Part shown: one piece after another, positions 1 to 12,725 of the stretch
How the letters are laid out: each line of letters begins with the position of its first letter
Position numbering within the stretch: the stretch's first letter is position 1
Assembly (NCBI GenBank): GCA_049999805.1
Contig: JBNGIO010005482.1
Location: 1-61,857, forward strand
Origin: Folioceros fuciformis
Lineage: Eukaryota
Direction: 5' to 3'
Length of the DNA stretch: 61,857 nt
The notes under the pieces: model-generated
The model's database searches: none
Told to the model about the DNA's origin: nothing
The model's input: the letters and a program-made list of their open reading frames with translations, nothing else
Position numbers and translations under genes: made by a program

Positions 1-340
1 GGGTCTGGGACCGGAGGTCGCAGACCTGGGGTGGGCCAACAACGGGATCATGTCCGAATGTTTGAGCCGAAAAAGGGAGGAAGAGGGGATGGAGGCGGGG
101 CCCCCAGCACATGGCTGGCGACCACGGTCGGGAGCAAGGCAGACCGTCCAGCCTTTACGTCAAATGAACGGGAAGGACATTCAACCAAACATCCTGCAAT
201 TTGCAAAGCGAAGCGAAGCAAACCCACAGGCCAATCCAAGCTTGAAGCAAAAGCAAAAGCAAAAGCGAGAGCCAAACAGCTGCCAAAGCCCTGCCCCATA
301 ATCTCCACTCCATGCCGCGCTCACACCGTGGTGTGTTCCG

Positions 341-378
341 TTCCGGATTCCGGATTCCGGACTCCGGACTCCGGAATC
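341..378. repeat. Heptamer tandem repeat (TCCGGAT/TCCGGAC)n
   Basis: ttccggattccggattccggactccggactccggaatc read directly. Confidence 0.8.
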
Positions 379-1795
379 CCAACTTTCCTTCTTCCCGGGC
401 CTGGACGCCACGCACACATCCAGACACAACGCGCAGCGCGGAGCGCACCGCACCGGACGGGACGGGACCGGAGTGCAGGAAACAAAAATACGTATGTAAT
501 GTAAATAAATAAATAAATAAATAAATGGGCCCCGCGGCACTGGCCCCAAGTCCGCGTCCACACCGCCACCCCTTGCTCCAGGTCTTTTCTGGTGTCACGT
601 CACGCGCGCCCGCACAGCCTTCGTTTTTCTTTCATTCCTTTTTCTTTTCTTTTATGTTTCTTGTGCAGACGCACTTGGCAGCCCGTCCCGGCGCCCGCCT
701 TTCCCGGGCTGCCTGCCTTTGCGTCTTTGTTGACTGCCGGTACGCCGGTACGCCGACCGGCCCGGTCGCGCGACTCCGTCCACTCCTCACGATCCACCAG
801 TCGTACGTACCGCCTTGCCTGCATCTCTGCTTCCGCCTATCACAGCCCGACCAAAAAATGGCTGCCGACCTGTGCCCATTTTCTATCCCTTTAAGCCCTG
901 CTCCAGGCCCCAGGCCCCAAGCCCCAGGCCCAGCCCAGCCGAGGCTTGCCTTGCCCCCCATGTTCACAAGTCAATGCTCTTCACACCACTTTCCCACAAC
1001 GGTGCGGGATCTTCTTTCCATTTTCAACTTCAAAATCATTTTAATCTATTGAGCACTAGCGCAAGAGTGTCACATAGGATCACACTCTTGGACCACATCT
1101 TTGTCCTCTCCTCTCCTCCTTCCGCCTTTCTCCTTTGCGCAAGTACATGATGGGTGATGGCCGAATCAGTTTCCACGACCTGTCATATATTACATATATG
1201 TATCTCCATGCCACCACCTTCTTCATCAGCATTGTGTCAATGCTGACCTATTATACTACCTTCCTCATCGGGTGGGTTTTCGGGCTAGACCTTTATTTTG
1301 TTTGTACATTGCATAGATGAGAATGCTAGGGAGCTTGTTTTGCTATAAATTGTACATGTTACAACTGAGCTCAACCCTCCTACAGTGGTCTACCACCCAC
1401 TTGTGGAATAGAGTACTACTTGCTAGAACCACCACCACTCTCTTCCACTGCTAGCAGCACACCTCACTATAGTAGTATATGCTAGCTTGAATTGTTGTCA
1501 CTTCCTTCCATTTTGCAATGCACAATCGTTTACATGCTAGGACATTCCAACTACTGAGACCTTTTGAACTACTCTACCAAGAATAACACAGCTTGATACA
1601 AATCCACCTACTCCTAGCGAGTGCTACTCATTCATTCTGGAAGCACAATTCACAGATGTGTGCACGTGTGTAGATTCTAGAATCCACCCACTCTCTTTGA
1701 GTGTGACACACATTTGTTGGTTTGGCACCATCCCTGAGCGTCCTTGCCAAAGTGCTACCCACTTCCTTTGGAGGCCTTGCCAGAATAGATGCCAT

Positions 1796-1997
1796 TGGCA
1801 AGTGTTGTCGGAACATGGAATGCCACCCATTTCCTCTAGTGGCAAGTGTTGTCTGAACATGGAATGCCACCCACTTCCGCCTAGTCTGGCGCCTGGCCTT
1901 GCCAGAAAAGATCCCACTGGTAAGTGTTATACGTTGCAAGGTTAGAGCAGATTCCACTAGCGAGTGTTGTTAGAGCATTCCACTAGCAAGTGTTGTC
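1796..1997. repeat. 44-bp tandem repeat (2 near-perfect copies) followed by degenerate related sub-repeats
   Basis: tggcaagtgttgtc[g/t]gaacatggaatgccaccca starts at 1796 and 1840; ccactggtaagtgtt, ccactagcgagtgttgt and ccactagcaagtgttgt follow at 1914-1997. Confidence 0.75.
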
Positions 1998-2755
1998 AAA
2001 ACGCAACATTGCATTGTAGAACGCTTGTCATCTTGAATCAATGTATCATTACTCTACTCTGATGGAGGCACCCACGAACTAGCCAATATTGTCAGAGTTA
2101 GTGCTGACACGATGTAGAGTGTTGGGCTCGTTACTTGTGTTGTATTGTATTGTACTAAGCATAGCACTATCACTGTGGATGAAGTGTTCTACTCAGATTC
2201 TTCTCTGTCAAACGCAACGGGTCAGTCAAACTGATCTCCTATTCTCTTTGATGGCATAAATGTGGGCTCGTGTGAGATGCAATCCTGTCACTCTTACATG
2301 AAGTACGAGTTCTTGCTGCTGCATGGATATTGTGTGTGGCTTGAGGAGAATCTCCTTAACCTACACACAAGGTGGAGGTTCATCCTATGAACTCCACCTC
2401 AAGGATGACTTGTTAGACCTGCTAGTCCAAGATGCACTAACATGTTTTCATAGTCCCTCATTTCACCCAAGAAAGAATCTACGAAGATATCATTGCTAAG
2501 GAAGATGGACATTGCCACACAAATAAAGCAAAACAAAACTCATAAGTCACATGGTTGTCCACAACACACGGAAGATCGAAAATCACGCTATCATTGTTTA
2601 GAGTACAGGAAGGATATACGTATGTATGTTCTATTCTGTTTGGTCATCGAGAGATGGCTTCTCCGCAACAGCTATGGCCGAAAGGCAAGTACACATGAGG
2701 TGGATGATTGATGAGCATAATATACGTATGTTGAGATCTGGCGCTCCAAATTCGC

Positions 2756-2835
2756 AGGGCACGGCAGGGCACGGCAGGGAAGGGCAGGGCACGGCAGGGA
2801 AGGGCAGGGCACGGCAGGGAAGGGCAGGGCAGGGC
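2756..2835. repeat. Purine-rich pentanucleotide microsatellite (AGGGC/ACGGC/AGGGA)n
   Basis: Direct reading; explains the spurious PCPALP-type ORFs here. Confidence 0.85.
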
Positions 2836-3287
2836 GTCCCTCGTAAGTGGCCGTGCCGGGCTGGCGACTTTTGGTAGCCCACAATTCAATGGCTCTGGAC
2901 AGTCGTTCATGAAGGAAGGTGATGTCTATGAGTATGGAAGCAACGGACACGCGTACAAGCCGCCGTTCCGTCTGAACAGCATGGAGTGGGCGGCGTGTGA
3001 ACGGAACGGGGATCCAAGGGACGGAGACTGGGACATGGCCTGGAGCCGGGTCGTAATGGCGCGCGGACCGTACCATGGGGCCAGCCGACTGCCCGTAACG
3101 TCACATGCAGCGCAGGAGCAGGCCAGGCCGCGCAGGCACTGGACACTGGCCCAGGCCCCAGGCGGCCAGGAGGGGACAGGCTTCGAGCTTCGCGAATCGC
3201 GTCTCATGAAAGCCACTTGACAATCTGCCTGACTGCCTGTCTGCCCTAATCCGCAAAGGCGCCGTTCACAGAGTTGACGGTCAAACA

Positions 3288-3386
3288 GAAGGGCAGGGGC
3301 AGGGCAGGGCAGGGTAGGGAAGGGCAGGGAAGGGAATGGAAGAGAAGGGAAGGGAAGAGAAGGGAAGGGAAGAGAAGGGAAGGGAA
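3288..3386. repeat. Purine-rich pentanucleotide microsatellite (AGGGC/AGGGA/AGAGA)n
   Basis: Direct reading. Confidence 0.85.
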
Positions 3387-6300
3387 AATAAGGCCTGCCG
3401 AACTGTAAACTGGACCCTGGACTGGAGGCGAATCTTTGTAGGCCAGCCTTGTCCCGTTATGCTGACTCTGGAGGTCAAGGGAATGGGGCCAAGTGGGGTT
3501 CAGTCTTCGCTCTCCCTTCATCACTGTTCTTGTTGTTTTTGCTGCTTATACCCGTGGGGCGTCACCTAAAACCCGGCCATTTCCCGGGGAGGTTTGGATA
3601 CAGTATGGCTGAGGCCTGTGTGTGCCTGTGGGTGATGAGACAGACAGTTGCAGAAAACGGGAGGCGAGTTTTGGCAAACTGGATTCAGGACCGAGATCTC
3701 GAAACTGATCATATTCTCCCTGCAAACACGCCTCCAAATCATGCAAACGCTGCTGCTCCTGCTGCTGCTGCTACAATACATACTAACAAGCTCTGACAGC
3801 CCCGAGGATGGGGGCAGGGCACGCCTGCCGTCGCCTGTCCACGCCAGCCGAGCCCTAGGGCTGTACATGTGGATGAAGGCTAGCGACATGCTCGATGTGT
3901 CGCCATGCCCCAGATGCTGCAGGCTGGTCCCGGAGTGGTGCAGGAAACGGCCATCGCGTCGGACGACAGTGGAGCCAGCGAGGCCTAGGTATGGCAGCAT
4001 GGCGGGATTCGGTATGCACCCAGTGTCTTGTGGGTGTTGGTCAGTGGTCAGTGGGGAGTAGGTGCTACGGAGGGCTCTAGAGAGAGAGAGAGAGGGAGGG
4101 AGCTTCTGATCACTTCTCTCACAAGGACAGGGCTGCGTACAGCATTTGTTTACTCAGCTCTGCAGCCTGCAGCTTGGAGCCTGGAGCCTAGAGCCTGGAG
4201 GAGGCCTTGGGTTTGTGTGCGAGTTTCAGATGACTGCATATGCAGGCAACACATGCACGAGAACTGGATCAGTTCGATGCTGTTGTGGGATCCAAGCTTG
4301 CGCGGTGCCCGCCCACGAGAAGCTTGGCATGGGTGGGGGACGACGAAAAATCTGCAGCGTTTAGAGGAGAAGATTCCAGCTTCCATGACCAGCTAATGAC
4401 AACTAGTGCGAAAGCCAAGTGTGTGAGTTCCGGTACTCCAGCCATTTCACCAAATGTAATCTCTACAGCTTAAAGAGCGCGGCTCTTGAGCCAAGCCCCG
4501 GGGATGGAAAGCCGAATGGAAACAGTACTACTCCCATCATGCCGGCCCACTCCCGCAATAATCATCACCATTCCCAGAATTCGGATCTCATTGGGCTTGT
4601 GACAAAATGTGGTTCTGCAACTGTACAACCATGGTCTGCACAACCATACTCTGCACACCCAAGTTTGAGCTCTACAAGCTTAAGATACGGCCAGCAACTC
4701 GAGGCCGTTGCTGTTTTTGGGAAGCTAAGAATAGATTCCGGTTGCCGTCTCAGACATGTTTGGCAATTGTTTGTCTGACGTAAGTTGTAGCGAGAAGCGT
4801 TACGCATGTTGGGTGGGTGGCAAGTCGTCGGTAGATCCCGTCGTTTTGGGGTGTTGGGGCCGGGGTGGGCCGAAGCTTGCCCACCTCCCATCCTATCTAT
4901 TTACAGTTTCTTCGCCTCACACGGAGCCAAATTCTGTTTCGGACAAGAAGTCACCATTTTGTCACGTCCCAGCCCTCCCTGTCGGCTGCAACGTTAGGGG
5001 TCGGCCAGCCTGCTAATAATATGGGCAACCGACCATTACATAACATGCTTTCTCCAGTCCACTCACCGTTGGATGGGTACTCAAATGCTGTAGCATGGAG
5101 GTTCATCCTGACCATGCGAGCATCTAAGCCCCACAGGATTCTTAACAAGCTGCTGCACACGGCTTCACTGGATTCTGGTCGGGGAACAGCCCTTGTGTAA
5201 GATCCCCATGTCAGCTCTGAGGACGGATCAGAGATTTCTTCATGCGCCATGCTCGGCGTTGCGGACCTACTCTGTTCACAACTTTCATGCTGCTTCAGTC
5301 CTTAGAGCAGATCTTACAGAGCTGAGGATCTGCGCATGGTTGCTGTGGAAGAACAGCTGGGAACGGGACACCGGTCCTAGAAGAAAACAGTGACTCTGGG
5401 GATACCAGATCTTTGTAGAATTCCAGTCCAGGACCTGGTTTAAACCATAACAGTCAACAACGTTCCTATGGCAATCTTCCATCTTCACGAACAATCTGGA
5501 CCAGTTCCTGTGTCTGGAAAGTAAAAATAGACGACGCGTTCGTTTTCATGTCTCCAACACTTGGGAACAGGCTTCATGAACCGTTATTTCTGCATTGAGA
5601 TACTCGTACGACGACAGACGTCTGACCGGGGTGGCCTCATTTCGTTTTTCGATTTCCAAGCATCTGGAGCGCATTCCACTGTAAACCATTTTCTGAACTG
5701 ATACCTTATCCTATGAGAAAGAGCTGCATAGTCCAGCGCAAGGGACTTACGTATGCCAGAAAGTGGCTTACCGGAACCTTAGCGGCTTCTTCTACCCTTC
5801 CACTATCTGGTTTCAGGGCAACCAGAGGATCACGCAGACGGGCACCTCCTGTGCCCGTCATCCTCACAACCTTCATTTGTCTCAGCAGCCCTAGCTGCAT
5901 CTATTGGTCTCCTTGTGGACAATCTTGCTTTACAGGTAACGTGGTACCCTTGGGAGAGCCTTTCGATAGGCTCCTCCTTGACGGCTATAAGCCAAGACGT
6001 CCAAACTCAGATTCTGTGGCCTTAGGCTTTGTTTGCCGATTCGTAAGCCTTCCTTTCCGACCATACCTCCAATGCTTAGCTCCTCATCTATTATTTACAG
6101 CAGAATGGCATCCATGGACGCAAACAGTACAACGTTCAAGTGCTCAATCCCACTGGCATAATCCAAGTATCCGCTTTGCTCTCGATCTCTGCAAGCAACT
6201 GGCTTCCCAGATGCACGTTTGTGCAGTAGGAAGACAAAAATGACGGAATTAGGTCTAGCAGTGCCTTCTTACTGCATCACTCTATAGAGCTAAAGGACTT

Positions 6301-6530
6301 CCTGGTCCATGCCCTGCTCGGAACACCTGCGATTGAAGCTGCCCACATCGCAACCACATCTTTCTCACCCACTCCATCAGCTATGAACACCCCGCGCACT
6401 CTCCAAGATGCTATAATTTGCATGGCACTTACCCTAAATATGGCCGAACTGACTTCCCTATTCCTGGCTCCCGGCCATAAAACCAGGGTTTAATCGCAAA
6501 GGCTGAGCCAGATCTACGTATGCTGCGGCC

Positions 6531-8457
6531 ATGGCCGGGGATGGGCAAGTGGACGATGTGCCCAAGGGGCAGCTCCCTGAGCACCTGGAGCTCCAGCGGA
6601 CGCGAGTGGTGTGCAACCCGGACGCGCCTATCTATGTACGCAAATCACTGTTGCTGCTCAGTTCTCTAACCCCGATTTCATTGACCTCTGCTCTGCTGGT
6701 TCCTGAATTGCTTGAACTGAATTTGCAGACGGACCCGGTGCACTACTCCGGAGCGTATATGTCCTCCGGGGTGGACAACAGCTTGACCTTTGATTCGTTC
6801 CGGAAGTACCTCAGGGTGCAGGTTACTCGGTTGACGGATGATGACATCGAGTTTGAAATCGCTGGTATCGATGCCTCCTTGGCCAACGCCTTCCGGAGAA
6901 TCCTCATTGCGGAGGTTTGGCTGTTGGACAGGCTTGCAGGGATGTTTTAGTCGTCAGAAATGTTGCCAGTACGTGACTCCGTAGCATTTGTCCTGCAGGT
7001 GCCCACGATGGCCATAGAGAAGGTGTTCATTGCGAATAATACTTCCGTCATTCAAGATGAAGTTCTGGCCCATCGGCTGGGTTTGATTCCCATCAAGGCC
7101 GACCCTCGGCTGTTTGATTTTAAGGAAGGTGGGACGTTGGACTGTACCCGATGGATGGTGACAGTCGCTGGATTGTTGTGTGTGTAGGGTAGGAATGCCT
7201 ATGAACGTGGACATGGTGCTGATTGGTTTCAGTGTTGAATGGGGGCTTCAGATGAAGAGGTTGCTTCTGAGAAGAACACTATTGTCTTCAAGCTGGATGT
7301 TAAGTGCTCGCGACAGGGAGAGAGGGTAAAAAATGCATCTGGTGCGTGGACTGTCTCTTCCCCGTCCGTCTTAGCCTTGGCTTGCTGGTTATGAGCTGGA
7401 GAGTGATTTGCTTTGCTGATCTTCTTGTGTTTGTGGCAGTGAAGTCAGACCAGCTCAAGTGGCTACCCCGAGGAAGTGAGATGCCCTTTGACACAAGCAC
7501 CAAGTACACATCTTTTGGTATCAGCCAAGATTCTCTTCCAGCATTTATGCACGATGGCATCGCCCCTCGGTACAGGGACATCATCGTTGCAAAACTGGGG
7601 CATCTTCAGGTACTACATCCATGGCTACCCCCTGCCTGACCTGATTCTGTCCTTCCTACCCGGTCAGAATGCAAATACGCGTTCGGTATCTGACCTCAGC
7701 TTGTTCGCGTCTGACTGTTGATCACAATCGCTGCCTGCTGGGGTGAGCAGGCAATTGAGCTAGAAGCTCATGCAGTGAAGGGAATAGGGAAGACGCATGC
7801 CAAGTGGTCACCAGTGGCTACTGCTAGATATAAAATGCTTCCCGAAGTATGGACGTAATCCAGCTCAGAATCTGTCTTCGCTTTTGTTCACCCACCAGAT
7901 ATGATGCAGGGTGCCTGAACTCCATCGCGTTGCACTCATGCTATTTCTGCTCGTTTCCCCGATAGGTGATATTGAAGGAAGAGTTCACCGGCGACTTGGC
8001 AGATCAGCTTGTTCAAAAGTGTCCTGTGAATGTTTTTGACATTGAAGACGTTGGTGCCGGTATGAGTCTGGCCCATGCCTGAAGCTTTGAAGTCTCCGGC
8101 TGATGTCAGAGCTCCTCTTGTGTGCTAAAACTAGGGTTTTGCTGTAACTGCAGGATGCCAACGTGCCACGGTTGCAAGGCCTAAAGACTGCACTTTGTGC
8201 CGGGAGTGTGTAAGGGACGATGGTTGGGACAAGAAGATCCAACTTCGGCGCGTTAGAGATCATTTTATCTGTAAGCCCGCAGTGCTAGCCTTGTCATGAC
8301 AATGGGTTACGTTCAGCAACACTAATCTTACTCATATCGTGGTTTCTTGACAGTCACTATAGAGTCTACAGGTGCGTTGCCACCAGAAGTCCTTTTCACA
8401 GAAGCGGTCAAGATCCTCGTGGAAAAATGCCAAAGAGTGTATGCCGATCTCTCCTGA
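6531..8457 (+). CDS. RPAC1: DNA-directed RNA polymerase I and III shared subunit AC40 (RPB3-like), multi-exon
   Basis: Exons give [89 protein letters not shown] and [23 protein letters not shown] introns; stop TGA at 8455-8457. Confidence 0.95.
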
Positions 8458-8650
8458 AGAAACAGTGGGAAGGCACAAAAGTCTTGCTGCGATAGTCCTA
8501 GCGAAGCCCTGCAGTCCAACCCTTCTGGCAAGTATGCAGATGGTTTGAGGCGGGTTTGCGATGGGAATGGGGCGAGTGTTGTTATTAGACAGGAGAAACC
8601 AGCGACTTCCTTTGCTCTTTTCTTGCCCTTGTCCACATGGTTGCACAGGA

Positions 8651-11494
8651 TTAAGGCTTGTCTCTACAAGAACAGGAGCCATCTACGAAGTGGTGTACCC
8701 CGTGTGCGTCTCTGACGATGATCTCTCGTCTTTCAAGGCGGGACATAATCTTGGTGCTGCTATGGCAGTCATTACACATGCGGAGATTTTTGTTGACCAG
8801 TAAAGTTGCCCCTTTTGGGGTGTTCATTAGACCGTAAGCCAAGGCGAGTTTCTCAGCATGTCCGCACAGAGCATCTTCCTTCTCCTGCTCACTCACGGCT
8901 TTCAGGACCAGCTGAGTCTGGGGCACATGACCTCCTTCCCCCTTCAACCTTGAGTTCACACTTCGCACTGCTGTTGAAACCTCAGACCGTTCTTCTCCCA
9001 CCTTGAACTCGTGCACCTTGTTGTTGACCTCGATGCATGCCTTGGCAGGCCTTTTCCAGGCACCTGCGGCCCTTCTGAGACTCTCTACTTTGTCCACGTC
9101 CGTCCACCTGCCAGAGTTTCCGTAGATGTTTCCTAGAAGTACGTAAGGGGTGGCGTTTTCAGGCTGCAGCGACACAAGTCGATCGAAACACAGTTTCCCA
9201 CGCTCCGCATCACTGTGGCGTTTGCAAGCAGTCAGCAAAGACGTCCAGCCCACCACGTCCCTGGGCATAGTCCGCAGAATAGCTTCTGCCTCGTCCAGAT
9301 GACCCGCCCGGCCCAGGAGATCGATCATGCACCGGTGGTGGTCGTCAGAAGGCAGAATGCCATGGTCGGTAACCATCGCCCTAAAGCATTGTTGGCCCTC
9401 ATTCACCAGGCCTGCATGGCTACATGCTACCAGAAGGCAGATGAAGGTAGTGTCATCTGGCTGCACCCCCTCCTCAAGCATCTCCCTAAAGCATTGCAAT
9501 GCCATCTCACCTTTGCTGTGTTCAGCGTAGCCGTTGAGCATGGCACTCCATGTCACCACGTTCCTGGAGGGTAGTCTGTCAAACACTCTCCGGGCATCCT
9601 GCAAGCTCCCGCATTTTGCATACATGTCCACCAGGCAGCTGCCAATGGACACATCCGCTTCCAGCCCCATTTCCTGAATCCGTGCATGCAGCTCCTTACC
9701 CTGACGCAAGGCACCAACGCTTGCACATGCTTGGAGGAGGCACACAAATGTAACCTGATTGGCTGGAGTGATGCCTTCCTGTTGCATACTTGCATACAGA
9801 CAAAGCGCTTCTTGACCCCTTCCCTGCTGGGAGTATCCTGCAATCATCGTGGTCCATGTTACAACATCTCTGGTAGGCAGGCTGTCAAACACCTCGCGTG
9901 CATCCTCCAGGCTCCCACATTTTGCGTACATGTCCACAATGCAGTTTGCAACGACAAGGTCAGCTTCGAGTCCCCTTTGCTTAAGCTCCACATGAAGCTG
10001 CTTTGCCCGATGCAGAGCTCCAGTGCTAGCACATGCTTGCAAGAGGCACACAAATGTGACTCGATCGGCAAGAGTGATCGCCTCCTGTTGCATCGTTGAG
10101 TACAGCGCAAGGGCTTCTTCACCGAGTCCATGCTGGGTGCATCCCGCAATCATGGAATTCCATGTGACCACAGTTCGTGAGGGCAATCTGTCAAACACTC
10201 TGCGAGCATCTTCCAAGCTCCCGCATTTTGCATACATGTCCACCAGGCAGTTGCCGATGAGCTCGTCTGCTCCTAGTCCCCTCTCCTCTATCTGTGCATG
10301 AAACTGCTTGCCCTGTTGCAGGGCTCCTAGACTAGCACAAGCTTTCAGGAGGCACACAAAAGTGACATGATTTGTTAGCATCAGGGAATCCTGTTGCCTC
10401 CTCTCATACAGAGCTAAGGCTTCCCCAGCAAGCCCCTGGTGCACATATCCTGCTATCATGGTGTTCAAGGTCACCACATCTGCTGTGGGCAAGGCATCAA
10501 AAACTCTGCGGGCATCCTTCAAGCTCCCGCATTTCGCATACATGTTCACCAGGCTGTTGCCGACATAGATGTCCATCATATGATCACTGGCCAGAATGTC
10601 ATCGTGGACCTCCGTGCCGGAAACCACATCGTCTGCAAGGGAACAGGCTTTTAGAACGGCCGCAAAGATATGGTTATCTGGCTTCACACACGAACCCCTC
10701 ATCCGTCGATACAGGTTAATAGCCTCCACAGGCTTTCCATGTTGGGCATGGGCCAGGATAACGGTAGCCCACAGATGGGAGTCCGGTGCAGGCACTTTAG
10801 TGAACACATACGACGCCTCCTCCAATCTCCCATGGGAAGCATACATGCCAACAATATGGGTGGCCAAGAATGCGTTTGACTCGTACCCACATTTGGAAGC
10901 AAGAACATGAACTCGCCTGGCAAGAACCAAATCCTTCTGTGACTTGCACAATTTAAGGACACGGTAAAAGAGAGAGACCTTCACAAACAATCCTCTTTGC
11001 ACCAGGAGGTCCAATGCCTCAACGCCCTCCTCCAGCTCACCATCCTCACAATGCCTATTCAGAGCTTTAACCAGAGAATTCCCCTCATACTTTGCTTCCC
11101 TGCACACGCCTCCACCACCAGCCCTCGAGGTTGATGGGGACCAAGCATCCCGCTCAGGTCGCAACCAGTAACGCATGTGTGCAGTTCTCTCGTCGTTGGA
11201 TGTCTTGTGCCTGAAGCCAGGATGATGGGGACTCCTCTCATCCACCCTACTCTCCCAGCGCTGCCTGGAATTCAAAGAAAAATCTGCCCAGGATAACTCC
11301 TGTAGCTCTCTATGAGGATGTTCTTCAGTGCTACGGTTGCCTTCCGGTTGGGCTGGGCGTGCCTTACCTGTTACCATACTAAGCACTGAGGACTGCCCGG
11401 AGCCTGGTTGTAAACCATCAGTCCAGCTCTGTTGGGCGTAAGTAATAACACTGCCAGCATCCAGAATTGACAATGTTGGGAATGCCACCGCCAT
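8651..11494 (-). CDS. Intronless PLS-class PPR protein with E1-E2-DYW:KP domain (candidate organellar U-to-C RNA editing factor)
   Basis: 947-aa ORF with repeated P/L/S motifs (VVTWNSMIAG, VTFVCLLQAC, GNCLVDMYAKCGSLEDARRVFD), then KRPAKACIEV, HAEKLALAYGL, NKNLRMCNDCH and HHFVDGSCSCRDKP. Confidence 0.95.
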   Translation of the reverse strand: MAVAFPTLSILDAGSVITYAQQSWTDGLQPGSGQSSVLSMVTGKARPAQPEGNRSTEEHPHRELQELSWADFSLNSRQRWESRVDERSPHHPGFRHKTSNDERTAHMRYWLRPERDAWSPSTSRAGGGGVCREAKYEGNSLVKALNRHCEDGELEEGVEALDLLVQRGLFVKVSLFYRVLKLCKSQKDLVLARRVHVLASKCGYESNAFLATHIVGMYASHGRLEEASYVFTKVPAPDSHLWATVILAHAQHGKPVEAINLYRRMRGSCVKPDNHIFAAVLKACSLADDVVSGTEVHDDILASDHMMDIYVGNSLVNMYAKCGSLKDARRVFDALPTADVVTLNTMIAGYVHQGLAGEALALYERRQQDSLMLTNHVTFVCLLKACASLGALQQGKQFHAQIEERGLGADELIGNCLVDMYAKCGSLEDARRVFDRLPSRTVVTWNSMIAGCTQHGLGEEALALYSTMQQEAITLADRVTFVCLLQACASTGALHRAKQLHVELKQRGLEADLVVANCIVDMYAKCGSLEDAREVFDSLPTRDVVTWTTMIAGYSQQGRGQEALCLYASMQQEGITPANQVTFVCLLQACASVGALRQGKELHARIQEMGLEADVSIGSCLVDMYAKCGSLQDARRVFDRLPSRNVVTWSAMLNGYAEHSKGEMALQCFREMLEEGVQPDDTTFICLLVACSHAGLVNEGQQCFRAMVTDHGILPSDDHHRCMIDLLGRAGHLDEAEAILRTMPRDVVGWTSLLTACKRHSDAERGKLCFDRLVSLQPENATPYVLLGNIYGNSGRWTDVDKVESLRRAAGAWKRPAKACIEVNNKVHEFKVGEERSEVSTAVRSVNSRLKGEGGHVPQTQLVLKAVSEQEKEDALCGHAEKLALAYGLMNTPKGATLLVNKNLRMCNDCHSSTKIMSRLERREIIVRDAHGVHHFVDGSCSCRDKP

Positions 11495-12589
11495 GTCGAC
11501 TTATACAAAGCTTCTATCTGGCTGGTTGCATGTTCAACCGACAGTCCTGTCCTGTTCTAATGTCCTCTCCACTAGCCCAGTCCACGAGAGAATCCATCAC
11601 ATGTCATGACTGCAGGAGTCACACAAATGTGACAGAATCAATTCCAGCTATGCCTTCTTCTTGCGCTTCGCAGTAGAGACAAAGGGTCTCTATCCCCATA
11701 CCCTGCTGGGAAAGGCCTGCATTCCAGGTCACCACACCTTCGCACGCAAGAACATCGAACACTATTTAAGCATCTTCCAAGCTACCACTCTTTGCATGCG
11801 TGCTCACCAAGCGGTTGGCCACGACGCCATTTCTTCGGCCTACACCTTTGTTAATCGTTTCTCAACTACTTCATCTGGCCAGGGTGCAGCTAGCAGCTCC
11901 GAGAGCGTAGAGTCGCAGAGAAGGTGGCTGGGAAGAAGCGCGCACGAGCCCGAGTCAAAAAACCCATCACCCCAAAGAGGAAAATCCTGTACCACTGCAC
12001 TCTCGACTTCCCGATAACCCGACCTCTACGCCGGCGATGTGTAGACACCGTCAGTCAAGGTATGGCAAGGCAAGGCGAGCCACAGTGACAACACGGCAGC
12101 AAACGGCGAGGAACGGGCACGAATGCACGCAGTTCACCAGCCTTGTGTATGCTGATCCTGCAAGTCGGAACTTCATCGGCCTGGCGGCGCGTGTCGTAAA
12201 TCGGCAGCAGCGTCTCCGTACCTCAACCCTTCCCGCCAACACCCAGCTCGCCTCCCCAACTCACTCCCACCCCCATATCCCAGCACTCTACCAACTGGAT
12301 CCCGCACACACAAGGTCTGCCCCTCCCCGCTACACAAACCCACGGATGCTCGCAGGTGCGGAGATGTGCACATCGAGGCTGTAGGAGCATGAGTCAACTG
12401 CTGTATTCTGCGTGCAGCTGAGAAGAAGGTGCGCTACAGGAGACCATGGAAGTGGTCATGAGGATCAGAAAGGAAGTAGCACGGGACACGCACAGGCTTG
12501 TACAGGGTTGCAGAGGGGTAGGCACCTGCACTCACAGGAATGGGAAGAGGACTGTGCAGGCCATGAAGAGCAGGCACCTGGACTCACAA

Positions 12590-12725
12590 ACATTGAAAGA
12601 GGACTACAGGATCATGTGACGTTGGGCTGTTAACAGCCTTGGGGACATGTATGCGAAATTTTGTGAACTGGAAGGTTGTGCCCGGCTTTGGACAGCATGA
12701 CCACAGCGGATGTGATGACAAGACG
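12590..12725 (+). pseudogene. Decayed PPR S-motif fragment
   Basis: Translates across a frameshift to NSLGDMYAKFCELE...LDSMTTADVMT, matching NSLVNMYAKCGSLK...FDALPTADVVT of the intact PPR gene. Confidence 0.6.

Noticed and set aside
1056-1090. Hairpin CAAGAGTGT...ACACTCTTG next to CTAG, resembling a Helitron 3' end
   Set aside because: The hairpin is only 2 nt from CTAG and no matching 5' end or other support was found.
1796-1997. Possible CRISPR-like array (also 45971-46098)
   Set aside because: Head-to-tail tandem repeats without unique spacers, in a plant nuclear context with no cas genes.
1-6300. Many ORFs of 60-176 aa at the window start
   Set aside because: Driven by microsatellites and GC-rich low-complexity sequence; no recognisable domain or consistent splice structure.
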